From Deltaproteobacteria bacterium (GTDB lineage Bacteria; Desulfobacterota; Desulfomonilia; UBA1062), in NCBI GenBank assembly GCA_016934135.1, contig JAFGTK010000061.1:1-53096 (forward strand): 53,096 nucleotides of DNA. The letters are read 5' to 3'. The translations under genes were made by a program, and so were the position numbers. The notes beneath the pieces were generated by a model. That model was not told the origin of the DNA, searched no databases, and saw nothing but the letters and a program-made list of their open reading frames with translations. This document shows positions 39,591-48,935 of this stretch, piece by piece. Numbering within the stretch: the first letter of the stretch is position 1; each line of letters opens with the position of its first letter.

Positions 39591-40466
39591 ATGATGTTTT
39601 CAGGCGCAATTACAGCAATCGTAACCCCTTTTCGTGATGGAAATATTGATGAAAAGGCCTTTCGGGACCTTATCAACTTCCAGATCAATGGCGGTATTTC
39701 CGGGATAGTACCATGCGGGACAACAGGAGAATCAGCCACCTTGTCCCACAAAGAGCATGAGCGGGTGATTGATATCTGTGTTGACGAGGTGGGAGGAAGG
39801 ATTCCTGTCATAGCGGGTACCGGCTCAAACTCCACTGACGAGGCGATAAGGCTCACCAGGCACGCCAAGGAGGCCGGCGCGGATGCTGCGCTGCTGATCA
39901 CACCCTATTACAACAAGCCCACCCAGAAGGGCCTTTATGAACACTATGCAGCTGTTGCCGCCGCATGCGATATCCCGCAGATCCTCTATAATGTTCCGGG
40001 AAGGACCGGGGTGAATATGAGTGAGAAAACCGTCACCTCACTGGCAAAGATCGACACAATAGTCGGGATAAAAGAGGCAAGCGGCGATCTCGTGAAGTGC
40101 TCCTATATTGTACGTGACACCGATGACGACTTCTGCCTTCTCTCCGGAGAGGATGCCCTGAACCTGCCGATACTATGTGTGGGAGGTACAGGGGCTATTT
40201 CCGTAACAGCCAATATCCTGCCGGATAAGGTGTCTGCAATGATTGCAGCGTGGCTGGGAGGCGATGTATCTGCTGCACAGAATATCCACTTTGAACTCCT
40301 CGAGGTCAATGAGGTCATGTTTGTAGAGACCAACCCCATACCGGTAAAAACAGCACTTTCCATGATGGGAAAGATTAATGAAGAGTTCAAGCTTCCGCTA
40401 TGCGAAATTACGGATGCAAACAGGGAAAAGCTCTCTTTGGTACTGAAAAAGTACGGATGCATATAG
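39591..40466 (+). CDS. dapA: 4-hydroxy-tetrahydrodipicolinate synthase
   Basis: It has AIVTPF, PCGTTGESATLS, YNKP, LYNVPGRTG, and the Schiff-base lysine in VGIKEASGD. Confidence 0.95.
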   Translation: MMFSGAITAIVTPFRDGNIDEKAFRDLINFQINGGISGIVPCGTTGESATLSHKEHERVIDICVDEVGGRIPVIAGTGSNSTDEAIRLTRHAKEAGADAALLITPYYNKPTQKGLYEHYAAVAAACDIPQILYNVPGRTGVNMSEKTVTSLAKIDTIVGIKEASGDLVKCSYIVRDTDDDFCLLSGEDALNLPILCVGGTGAISVTANILPDKVSAMIAAWLGGDVSAAQNIHFELLEVNEVMFVETNPIPVKTALSMMGKINEEFKLPLCEITDANREKLSLVLKKYGCI

Positions 40467-40498
40467 GATATTGTTCCTCATCAATGGAGGTTTAGACG

Positions 40499-41299
40499 AT
40501 GATTCATGCAGGCGTTGTGGGCATTGCAGGCAGAATGGGAACTCTGATAGCTCAGGGGATTGCCGATGCCGATGATATGGTGCTGGCCGGGGCCCTTGAG
40601 GCTCAGGGGCACCCCATGCTCGGCAAGTACGCAGGTACGGTTATCGGGAGGGATCTGAAGGATGTAGTGATATCCTCCGATTTTGCAGATGCTTTTGCAT
40701 CCTGCGATGTCATTGTTGATTTCACCATGCCTGCGGTAACAGTAGAGACAGCCCGCTATGCACAGGGTAAGGCAAAGCAGCTGGTAATAGGTACGACCGG
40801 ATTTGACGAAGATCAGCTCTTGGTGATACGCCGTTGCGCCGATACTGTTCCTGTTGTTATATCTCCCAACATGAGTATCGGCGTGAACGTTATGTTCAAG
40901 GTTGCCTCTATCCTTACACAGCTTCTTGGTGAAGACTATGATGTCGAGATCTTTGAGGCACACCACAGGCTAAAAAAGGATGCCCCGTCCGGAACTGCCC
41001 TGGGACTGGCCCGCTCCATTGCTGAAGCGAAAGGGGTTAAGCTGGACGAGCATGCCTGCTATGAACGCCACGGAATAATCGGGGCGCGCCCCGATGGCGA
41101 GATCGGCATACAGACGCTTCGGGCAGGTGATATTGTGGGTGATCACACAGTACTTTTTGCCGGAAACAACGAGCGCATCGAGTTGAAACACCAGGCCCAC
41201 TCAAGACAGAATTTCGCCGGGGGGGCACTGAGGGCGGTGCGCTGGCTCAACGGCAGAAAACCTGGTTTATACTCCATGATAGACGTTTTGGGGTTGTAA
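40499..41299 (+). CDS. dapB: 4-hydroxy-tetrahydrodipicolinate reductase
   Basis: It has VVGIAGRMG, VIGTTGF, and the signature EAHHRLKKDAPSGTAL. Confidence 0.93.
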   Translation: MIHAGVVGIAGRMGTLIAQGIADADDMVLAGALEAQGHPMLGKYAGTVIGRDLKDVVISSDFADAFASCDVIVDFTMPAVTVETARYAQGKAKQLVIGTTGFDEDQLLVIRRCADTVPVVISPNMSIGVNVMFKVASILTQLLGEDYDVEIFEAHHRLKKDAPSGTALGLARSIAEAKGVKLDEHACYERHGIIGARPDGEIGIQTLRAGDIVGDHTVLFAGNNERIELKHQAHSRQNFAGGALRAVRWLNGRKPGLYSMIDVLGL

Positions 41300-41300
41300 G

Positions 41301-42044
41301 ATGAAGATCGGCAGGGCTTTCACCACTGATGGACCTGTTGTCAGATTTGTAACCAGGGATGGAAAAGAATTTTTCCGTTGCGATCCCGAGACCTTTGAAC
41401 CGCTGGGGCCGCTTCAGATAACACGGCTTCTTCCCCCTGTGCTTCCGGGCAAGATAGTTGCGGTTGGGCTTAACTACCGGGACCATGCCGAAGAACTCGG
41501 CCTTGAACTTCCCAAAGAACCTATCCTGTTCATGAAACCCGCAGCAAGCGTAATCGGACCCCTGGATGATATCATATATCCCCCACAGTCAAAGAGGGTG
41601 GATTATGAAGCCGAGCTTGCCGTTGTCATTTCCAAGGACTGCAAGGATGTAAAAGCCTCGGATGCGAGGGATTTCATTCTCGGGTATACCTGCCTGAACG
41701 ATGTAACTGCACGGGATCTCCAGGTTACTGACGGACAATGGACCCGGGCCAAGTCGTTCGATACCTTTGCCCCCATAGGTCCGTGGATAGCAACCGGTAT
41801 AGATGACCCGCACTGCCTTGGTATAACCGCATCTCTCAATGGTGAACAGAAACAGTCCTCTTCCACGGCAAATCTGATCTTTTCGGTTTTTGAACTGATA
41901 GAGTTCATATCAGGCATCATGACCCTGAACGCTCTCGATGTTATTGCAACCGGAACACCCTCGGGGATCGGGCCCATGAATCCGGGTGACACTATCGAGA
42001 TCGCTATTGAAGAGATCGGAATGTTGAAAAACAAGGTCAGGTGA
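41301..42044 (+). CDS. fumarylacetoacetate hydrolase (FAH) family protein
   Basis: It has KIVAVGLNYRDHAEE, DYEAELAVVI, ND.TARDLQ, W.RAKSFDTF.P.GP and TGTP.G. Confidence 0.85.
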   Translation: MKIGRAFTTDGPVVRFVTRDGKEFFRCDPETFEPLGPLQITRLLPPVLPGKIVAVGLNYRDHAEELGLELPKEPILFMKPAASVIGPLDDIIYPPQSKRVDYEAELAVVISKDCKDVKASDARDFILGYTCLNDVTARDLQVTDGQWTRAKSFDTFAPIGPWIATGIDDPHCLGITASLNGEQKQSSSTANLIFSVFELIEFISGIMTLNALDVIATGTPSGIGPMNPGDTIEIAIEEIGMLKNKVR

Positions 42045-42535
42045 TGAGAGGATACCTCTCTCTCGGGTCCAATCTCGGAGACAGGTCAGCTTATCTTCTT
42101 CGGGCACTTGATGCATTGACCGCATGCGGAGTCCGGATCATTCATATGTCTGGTGTATACGAGACTCGTCCTTTCGAGGTACCCCATGACCAGAGGAACT
42201 ACTATAATATGGCAGTGTTCATTGAAACGGATCTGTCACCTCATGATCTTCTCAGGCTATGCAATACTGTGGAGGATGATCTCGGCAGAGAAAGACCCTA
42301 TGTGAACTCTCCTAGAAGCATAGATATCGATATCCTTTTGCTCGAGGGGATTACAGTATCGACTGATGACCTGAAGGTCCCGCATCCGCAGCTGGAAAAG
42401 AGGGCCTTTGTCCTTTTCCCTCTTGCTGAAATTGCCCCTGATATTGTTTTGCCTTCAGGCAGACCTATATTAAAAGTAAAGAAAGCCTTACGTGATGACG
42501 AGGTAGTGAAAACGTGGATATTGAATCATGGATAA
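42041..42535 (+). CDS. folK: 2-amino-4-hydroxy-6-hydroxymethyldihydropteridine diphosphokinase
   Basis: It shows the HPPK pattern: YLSLGSNLGDR, YETRPF, PRSIDIDILL, VPHPQLEKRAFVLFPLAEI. Confidence 0.9.
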   Translation: MMRGYLSLGSNLGDRSAYLLRALDALTACGVRIIHMSGVYETRPFEVPHDQRNYYNMAVFIETDLSPHDLLRLCNTVEDDLGRERPYVNSPRSIDIDILLLEGITVSTDDLKVPHPQLEKRAFVLFPLAEIAPDIVLPSGRPILKVKKALRDDEVVKTWILNHG

Positions 42536-44057
42536 GGTCGAAGGGAAAAAACCTACAATCCTGATCGCGGATGATAACCGTGATGTTAACGAGGTAGTAA
42601 AAAGCACCTTGTGTGAATACGGCTATGACGTGATCCAGGCATACAATGGCCGGGAGGCAATCGATGCCTTTTCAAAACACAGGCCTGACCTTGTTTTCCT
42701 CGATTACCGAATGCCGGAGATGGACGGAATCGACTCTCTTGTGGAAATAAAAAAAATAGATGAAAATGCAACGGTAGTCTTTATTACTGGAGAGGGATCG
42801 GAGGATGTCGCGGTAAAGGCTATGAAGGCCGGTGCAAACGACTATATAACAAAACCCATATCACTTACCGAACTGGTACACATAACCGGGAAACTCATAA
42901 AAGAACATGAAATCCTTCTGGAGAATATCCGCCTCAAAACCAGGGGAGATGCATATAAGGATTATCTGGTGACCATAGCCCATACAATGGGTGAAGCTGT
43001 CATTACCATCGACAGCAGAGGCACGATCCAGTTCATGAATGCCATGGCAAGAAAATTCTGGGGCAATCTTGAAGAGATGAAGAACAAGCCGGTCGATGTC
43101 ATTATTCCTGATCCCACCCTCGACATCTTTGCCGATATAAAACAGGCCTTTTCAGAGGGTACTGATAATTTTCAGAATGAATATGCTTTCCGCAAAGTGG
43201 ATGGAACTATCTTTTCCGGCTTGCTGACAGCCTCTGCATTGAGAAGTGAAAAATATGCCGGAGGCATCGTTCTTGTCGTAAGGGACCTGACAGACATTGA
43301 GATGATGAGAAGACAGATTATAAATGCAGAAAAACTCGCATCGCTCGGTAAGGTTGTAGAAGGGGTAGCACACGAGATCAGAAATTCCCTGACATCTCTG
43401 GGCGGTTTTTCCAGAAGGCTCAGCAAATCTGTCGGGCCGGAGTCGACGCAACAGGTATATGTGGATTACATAATAGAAGATGTAAAGCGGCTGGAATCAA
43501 TGATCATGGATATAGAGGAGTATGTTAACTACACCAAGATCCACAGACCCAATTTCCAGGTAACGAAGATTGAAGACATCATTGATGAAGCCCTGATCAA
43601 GACATTCGGCTCCGGCAAGTTCACAGGCGTTGCCTATGAAGTGAGCGTGCCCGAGGATCTTGACGAGATCGAGGCCGATCACAACTACCTTGTGGAGGCT
43701 TTCTGGCACCTGTTCGTCAATGCATGTGAATCCATGCAGGGCAAAGGAAGTATGGAGATAAATGTGAGCCTCCATCCGCATTATCTGATTGTTGATGTCA
43801 ATGATTCGGGTAAAGGCATACCGAACGAAGACATAAAAGACATCTTCAATCCATTCTATACCTCCAAAGTCCGCGGGGCAGGCCTTGGTCTTTCAAAGGT
43901 CTATATGATTATTGAAGAGCATGGGGGCTTTATAACAGTACAAAGCTCGGTGGGAAAGGGTACGAGAATACGGGTTTTTCTTGCCCGCAGGCGTGTTGTC
44001 AAGACTCTTCCACCGCAGAATTCACAGATTGGGGGCGGTTCCTGGTCGAAGGACTGA
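42528..44057 (+). CDS. hybrid sensor: N-terminal receiver, PAS, HisKA and HATPase histidine kinase
   Basis: The receiver domain (ILIADDN...DLVFLDYRMPEMDG...KAGANDYITKP) is followed by a PAS domain. The H-box is HEIRNSLTSL. The N, G1 and G2 boxes are also present (LFVNACES, DVNDSGKGIP, GAGLGLS). Confidence 0.88.
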   Translation: MDKVEGKKPTILIADDNRDVNEVVKSTLCEYGYDVIQAYNGREAIDAFSKHRPDLVFLDYRMPEMDGIDSLVEIKKIDENATVVFITGEGSEDVAVKAMKAGANDYITKPISLTELVHITGKLIKEHEILLENIRLKTRGDAYKDYLVTIAHTMGEAVITIDSRGTIQFMNAMARKFWGNLEEMKNKPVDVIIPDPTLDIFADIKQAFSEGTDNFQNEYAFRKVDGTIFSGLLTASALRSEKYAGGIVLVVRDLTDIEMMRRQIINAEKLASLGKVVEGVAHEIRNSLTSLGGFSRRLSKSVGPESTQQVYVDYIIEDVKRLESMIMDIEEYVNYTKIHRPNFQVTKIEDIIDEALIKTFGSGKFTGVAYEVSVPEDLDEIEADHNYLVEAFWHLFVNACESMQGKGSMEINVSLHPHYLIVDVNDSGKGIPNEDIKDIFNPFYTSKVRGAGLGLSKVYMIIEEHGGFITVQSSVGKGTRIRVFLARRRVVKTLPPQNSQIGGGSWSKD

Positions 44058-44109
44058 ACAAGCCGCACATAACATTGAATAAAAATGGTAATATGACGAT
44101 AAGGGTGAT

Positions 44110-44721
44110 ATGGGGCATGTCTGTCGAGAACACGAGCGCATTTTTTCGTGCAAAAAAATCGTAATATTCCTGTGTCTTGTTATCCTGACTGTTTTTCTTG
44201 CATCGCCTGCCCAGGCAGATATTTTTATGAAGCGTCAACCCAACGGGACACTGTCTTTCAGCGATTGTCCCATCGGGGGAAACTGGGATATCTACTACCA
44301 GGAAAAAAAGCGGGCTGGTGTCCCGGTTCTAAAGAAAGACAGCCTTGAAAGGATAATTACCGACATCGCTCTGGAACAGGGCATGGATCCGAAGATCATA
44401 AAGAGTATTGTTCAGGTGGAATCGGCATACAATACCAGGGCAATGTCTTCAAAAGGGGCAATAGGCCTTATGCAGCTCATGCCGCAAACCGCGTCTGCCA
44501 TGGGGGTCGGCAACCCATGGGACCCTGTGGAAAATATCAAAGGAGGGACAAGATATTTCTCCCGCCTTCTCTCCAGGTACCATGGGGATCTGACAAAGGC
44601 CCTTGCTGCATATAATGCCGGGCCAACGGTTGTAGACACATATGAGGGAATTCCTCCCTACCAAGAAACAAAAGAGTATGTTAAAAGTGTTCTTGCAATT
44701 ATCAATGGAGGGAGGAAATGA
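44110..44721 (+). CDS. lytic transglycosylase (SLT domain) with signal peptide
   Basis: It has a signal/anchor helix and the SLT catalytic motif VQVESAYNTRAMSSKGAIGLMQLMPQTA...AYNAG. Confidence 0.85.
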   Translation: MGHVCREHERIFSCKKIVIFLCLVILTVFLASPAQADIFMKRQPNGTLSFSDCPIGGNWDIYYQEKKRAGVPVLKKDSLERIITDIALEQGMDPKIIKSIVQVESAYNTRAMSSKGAIGLMQLMPQTASAMGVGNPWDPVENIKGGTRYFSRLLSRYHGDLTKALAAYNAGPTVVDTYEGIPPYQETKEYVKSVLAIINGGRK

Positions 44722-44727
44722 TCCGGA

Positions 44728-45264
44728 ATGAATCTGGCAAATGCATTGACCATTTCGCGTATTATTTCGGTACCGGTCATTGTCATACTGCTGCTTTTTG
44801 ACAGCCTCATACCATCCATCATAGCAGCTGCACTGTTCACTGCAGCAACGATCACCGATTATCTAGACGGGTACTTTGCCAGGAAGTATCAGATGGAGTC
44901 AGATCTGGGTAAGCTACTCGATCCTCTTGCAGACAAGCTGCTTATCGCTTCGGTCCTGATAATGCTTATCCCCCTTGGGAGGGTGCCGGCCTGGATAGCA
45001 GCCATCATTATCGGCAGAGAACTTGCAGTTACGGGGCTAAGAAGCATTGCATCGGAAAAACATATCATCATCGCTGCAAACTGGCTTGGAAAATATAAAA
45101 CAGCATTTCAATGTACAGCAATCATTCCCCTGCTTATCCATTATCCTGTATTTGATATACAGTTTCAGCTTGCTGGTGAATTCTTCCTCTGGATTGCTTT
45201 GTTTTTCACTCTCTGGTCAGGATTTGATTATATTTACAGCTATATCAGGCAGACGATATCGTGA
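44728..45264 (+). CDS. pgsA: CDP-diacylglycerol--glycerol-3-phosphate 3-phosphatidyltransferase
   Basis: It has the CDP-alcohol phosphotransferase motif DYLDGYFARKYQMESDLGKLLDPLADK and 4-5 TM helices. Confidence 0.9.
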   Translation: MNLANALTISRIISVPVIVILLLFDSLIPSIIAAALFTAATITDYLDGYFARKYQMESDLGKLLDPLADKLLIASVLIMLIPLGRVPAWIAAIIIGRELAVTGLRSIASEKHIIIAANWLGKYKTAFQCTAIIPLLIHYPVFDIQFQLAGEFFLWIALFFTLWSGFDYIYSYIRQTIS

Positions 45265-45512
45265 TAAAGACGTATGATCCTGCGTCGTGTATCATACGGT
45301 TTCTAGGTGCTGCGCTCTTCGGGGTATTTGTCGATATCGTCATTGCTTTTCTCTACGGCCTGATTGTCATGATGGGCTATGTCCCAAGTCTTTCCGGTCT
45401 CCTGTATATTCTGCTTGCGGTTCCCCTTGTCTGGGGAGTATTGGGCATCTTCTTCTTCACCGAGATGCTCGATCTTACCAAGGACATCCTCAAAAGGTTT
45501 TTCAGGCTGTAG
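45261..45512 (+). CDS. hypothetical small membrane protein (83 aa, 2-3 TM helices)
   Basis: The GTG start overlaps the pgsA stop (GTGA), suggesting translational coupling. It is strongly hydrophobic with no recognisable motif. Confidence 0.45.
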   Translation: MIKTYDPASCIIRFLGAALFGVFVDIVIAFLYGLIVMMGYVPSLSGLLYILLAVPLVWGVLGIFFFTEMLDLTKDILKRFFRL

Positions 45513-45623
45513 TGCAAGTCCGGAAAGGTTTTACCGTCAGTCAGGCACCATTTGTTCAAATAGTCTGTATGGATGGACACATATAAAGACCTTTGTTTTA
45601 TCGAAGTATAAGATCCATTATGC

Positions 45624-47123
45624 TCAGTTGGATGAAGCCTGCTGCAGGATGGTGATACGACTTCCACAGTGTGAGCAGGTGAGTCTCCTGCCGGAAAAGC
45701 TTGGGGAGAGCTCATGCGAACAACCACAGTGATTGCAGGTGAATGTCTGCCATTTTCCAGGCAGCAGACTGACTGTCTGTTTTCGGGAAGAAGGGAGATC
45801 AATGCCCATGTTTTGGCCGGGATCTTCAAGCATGACATTTTTTCCGTCCAGAGCTGTGCTTGCTGTGAGAATCGATCTGAGATTTTTGTTGTCAGTTTCT
45901 GGAATGTCATGAATGCGTCTGCAGCGGGGGCATCTGATCTGATTGCCGGTATATTGCGGTGGAAGTTTGATCCGAACTCCGCACGGGCATGAGACAAACA
46001 CGAAATTGTTCATAGCCCTGATAATGTCTCCTGCCTTTCTCCTGGATACCCCGTGGGATAGTTCAGTGCCGGAGGATGCCTTGGATGCCTGACGGATTTC
46101 GATCCTGCCGGTATCCGTAATGTCGGATGCCCTCAGCAGGGAAGTTCGGGTGTTGGTAACTTGTATGTATGCCTTCATGTAATCAATATAACCGGCGCCG
46201 GCACTCATGGCGCGCAGAATTCGGATCCTTTCGCTCAAGGGTGGGTGGGTTGCAAAGGCATTTCCGCCAAGATGCTGTTTATAAGGATTTGCGATATAAA
46301 AAGGGGCTGTTGCCGATGGTGCGAAGTTAAGCGTTGCAGTAGATTTGAGGATCTTTTCCAGGGCAGAGGCCAATCCCTCGGGATAACGCGTAAGACGGGC
46401 GCTTGTTGCATCAGCGAGGTATTCACGTTTTCTAGAGATAGAGAAGTACAGGATTCTTGCAAGAATAGGCCCCACTATAGCCAGGAACACAGAGGCGACA
46501 AGGACAATGATACCAGCGCCTCCTGCACCTGAAATCCGTGATCGTGATCCGAAGCGGATGGTGGGAGAATACTTGAAAGATCGTAGAAACATATCCGAAA
46601 TCAGAAGGATCGAACCGAGCATGGTGGCTGCAACGGTCATATACATGACATCCCGGTTGAGTATGTGGCCTACTTCATGCGCAACAACCCCCTGAAGCTC
46701 ATCCCGGCTGCATGCGGCAAGCAGGCCTGCGGTTACGCAGATAGAGCATTTTTCGGGGGATTTACCCACTGCAAAGGCATTTGGAGCAGTATCTTCGACA
46801 ATATAGATTTCGGGCATCTTCGGCAGGGAGGATGCAATCTTCATCTCCTCGACGATATTATAAAGCTGAGGCCATTTATCACGGTGAACACGTTTTGCAT
46901 TTGAGATGCTCAAGATGACCCTGTCCGATCCGTACAGGCTTACCATGAGCATGACAAACCAGATAAATGCAGCAGCAGCCAGACCGGCAAGCCCTGCCAT
47001 GGGTCTGTTATAAACGGCTACGGCCATGCCCACTGCATATCCGGTTCCCAGCAGGAAAACACCCATCAGAAAGATGAGAGCATATGTTTTACGTTTATTT
47101 GCAGCAATGACTGACCAGAACAT
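45624..47123 (-). CDS. M48-family (HtpX-like) zinc metallopeptidase with C-terminal double zinc-ribbon extension
   Basis: It has N-terminal TM helices, the HExxH motif (VVAHEVGHILNRD) and a downstream EYLAD glutamate ligand. The ~190-aa tail carries CPCG..(16)..CPRC and CNHC..(17)..CSHC. Confidence 0.85.
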   Translation of the reverse strand: MFWSVIAANKRKTYALIFLMGVFLLGTGYAVGMAVAVYNRPMAGLAGLAAAAFIWFVMLMVSLYGSDRVILSISNAKRVHRDKWPQLYNIVEEMKIASSLPKMPEIYIVEDTAPNAFAVGKSPEKCSICVTAGLLAACSRDELQGVVAHEVGHILNRDVMYMTVAATMLGSILLISDMFLRSFKYSPTIRFGSRSRISGAGGAGIIVLVASVFLAIVGPILARILYFSISRKREYLADATSARLTRYPEGLASALEKILKSTATLNFAPSATAPFYIANPYKQHLGGNAFATHPPLSERIRILRAMSAGAGYIDYMKAYIQVTNTRTSLLRASDITDTGRIEIRQASKASSGTELSHGVSRRKAGDIIRAMNNFVFVSCPCGVRIKLPPQYTGNQIRCPRCRRIHDIPETDNKNLRSILTASTALDGKNVMLEDPGQNMGIDLPSSRKQTVSLLPGKWQTFTCNHCGCSHELSPSFSGRRLTCSHCGSRITILQQASSN

Positions 47124-47127
47124 CTCT

Positions 47128-47697
47128 TCAGCCGAAATTTACCTTGGGAACGGCACGGTCGCCAGGAACCTCGAGTTCGAAAAATTCTCCCTGGGTAAAA
47201 TTGAACATGCCTGCAACGATATTTGACGGAAACATCTGCACCTTGTTGTTCAGAAACAGCACTGAATCGTTGTATGCCTGGCGGGCGAAAGCTATCCTGT
47301 TTTCTGTTGAGGCAAGCTCTTCGTGAACCGCAAGAAAATTCTGGTTTGCCTTTAGTTCCGGATAATTCTCAACTATTGCCATAAACCGGGACAAGGCCTC
47401 GGAAAGCATTGTCTCTGCCTGAGATATCGCCGGGATTGTTTTTGCCCCTGCTGCCTTGGCCCTTGCCTGGGTTACCGCCTCGAAGGTCTGGCGTTCATGC
47501 CCCATATATCCCTTTGCAGTCTCGACCAGGTTGGGGATAAGGTCATGCCTGCGCTTGAGCTGAACCTCTATCTGGGACCATGCATTCTCTATCTGATTTC
47601 TCAGCGCAACAAGAGAGTTATATGCAATCACCAGATAAATGCCTGCAAGAATAACGATACCTGCGACAACGATAAAGAAAATGGTTCCGGACGACAT
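47128..47697 (-). CDS. LemA family protein
   Basis: It has an N-terminal TM helix, then YNSLVALRN.IENAWSQIEVQLKRRHDLIPNLVE...YPELKAN.NF..L..EL..TENRIA.AR..YN, which is diagnostic for LemA. A 4-nt gap separates it from the M48 gene. Confidence 0.9.
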   Translation of the reverse strand: MSSGTIFFIVVAGIVILAGIYLVIAYNSLVALRNQIENAWSQIEVQLKRRHDLIPNLVETAKGYMGHERQTFEAVTQARAKAAGAKTIPAISQAETMLSEALSRFMAIVENYPELKANQNFLAVHEELASTENRIAFARQAYNDSVLFLNNKVQMFPSNIVAGMFNFTQGEFFELEVPGDRAVPKVNFG

Positions 47698-47700
47698 AGG

Positions 47701-48105
47701 CTATTCCCCTCCTTCAATCTGATCATCGACCCCGGGAAAAAACTCATCGAGCAATTGTACGAGGCGGCTGGATCGTTTTTCATCCCGGCCGGTAGATATA
47801 AACTTATTCAGCTCTCCCCTGTCAAACCAGATCCCGTGGGAAGGGCACTGATCGAGCAGGATATCCTTTGTAGGGCCTAAATGGATCTTTTTCATAGATC
47901 TTGTGCATATCGGACAGGCTCGCCCCTTTCCTTTAACCCCGACTGCAGCCATGGGTTCGAGATACTCGTCACCGTCCTCCTCTGCAATCAGGTATTCCAG
48001 CTCGCCTATATCCAGCCAGATACCCTTGCATTCCATGCAATAATCGATTTCAATGCCTGCAAATTCAAGGCTGATCAGCATAATGGAACACAAAGGACAT
48101 TTCAT
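47701..48105 (-). CDS. double TFIIB-type zinc-ribbon protein (zf-TFIIB/DUF-like, two repeats)
   Basis: Two copies of CP.C......(I/L)D.C..(C/H)GIW(L/F)D.GEL are present: MKCPLC...IDYCMECKGIWLDIGELEYL and CPICT...LDQCPSHGIWFDRGELNKF. A 3-nt gap separates it from lemA. Confidence 0.75.
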   Translation of the reverse strand: MKCPLCSIMLISLEFAGIEIDYCMECKGIWLDIGELEYLIAEEDGDEYLEPMAAVGVKGKGRACPICTRSMKKIHLGPTKDILLDQCPSHGIWFDRGELNKFISTGRDEKRSSRLVQLLDEFFPGVDDQIEGGE

Positions 48106-48293
48106 GTACCGGAGTATATCACCTAAGATTTATTACTAACCACAAGAATCTGCAGTTTCAGATAGGAGACATCAAAGGAGCAGCCATCGCAGGTTTCTCT
48201 TCATGCTGTTGTCTCGTCTGAAGGCATTCATGCTGAACAGATCCGGCAATGGTTGTTCTCCCCTGTGATCATCTCTAACTTTGGTACCGGTGT

Positions 48294-48884
48294 TTATTGT
48301 GAGCGCATCCTATTACGGATTCCTGCCAGTCCCATAAGGCCTGCACCTAAAAGCATCAGGGTTGCAGGTTCGGCTACAGGTGAAGTATTTGGATACGCTC
48401 CGGGATCGGGATCATAGGATATGTCATCCAGGATGAAGTGATTGAAAGATGTCGAAATAAACCTGACCATGTCAACATTTTCCCAGGAGACATTGATCCA
48501 GTCGCTGTCACCGCCGTAAAGGCTCGCTGATGTATACATCAATATCCCGTCCTGATAACCCTCCCAGTACATCTCTTGATCATAATCGCTGGAAGCAACC
48601 CAGGAGCCATAGAAACTTACCTCTTCGCCGAAGTCGATCCATCCGCCATAATTGTGTGTGTAAATACGTATATTTCCGGAGCTTGGGTTGTATGGTGGCT
48701 GAGAAAAACCGTAGTAATTCCAGTTGCTGTCCCAGGTTAATCCTGCATAGTGTTCGGGCAAGCTTCCGTAAGATGATAAATCTTCGAAATCAAGGGTAAT
48801 AAGAGCTGCAGTGACAACGCTTGAAGCACCGGCAAGGATTAAAGACATAAGTGTAATGACAAATATTTTGTGAAATCTTTTCAT
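48294..48884 (-). CDS. PEP-CTERM sorting-domain secreted protein
   Basis: It has an N-terminal signal peptide (MKRFHKIFVITLMSLILAGASSVVTA). The C-terminal VAEPATLMLLGAGLMGLAGIRNRMR has the PEP motif, a TM helix and a basic cluster. The ATG at 48884 is preceded by GAGGAGG. Confidence 0.8.
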   Translation of the reverse strand: MKRFHKIFVITLMSLILAGASSVVTAALITLDFEDLSSYGSLPEHYAGLTWDSNWNYYGFSQPPYNPSSGNIRIYTHNYGGWIDFGEEVSFYGSWVASSDYDQEMYWEGYQDGILMYTSASLYGGDSDWINVSWENVDMVRFISTSFNHFILDDISYDPDPGAYPNTSPVAEPATLMLLGAGLMGLAGIRNRMRSQ

Positions 48885-48919
48885 ACTAACCTCCTCATTC
48901 AATTACATGCAGAAAAATC

Positions 48920-48935
48920 AGCAAGATATGTGCCA
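48920..48935 (-). promoter_or_regulatory. sigma-54 (-24/-12) promoter TGGCACATATCTTGCT
   Basis: The minus-strand sequence CTGGCAC-ATATC-TTGCTG matches the consensus TGGCAC-N5-TTGCW at every conserved position. It lies 36 nt upstream of the PEP-CTERM start codon. Confidence 0.6.
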
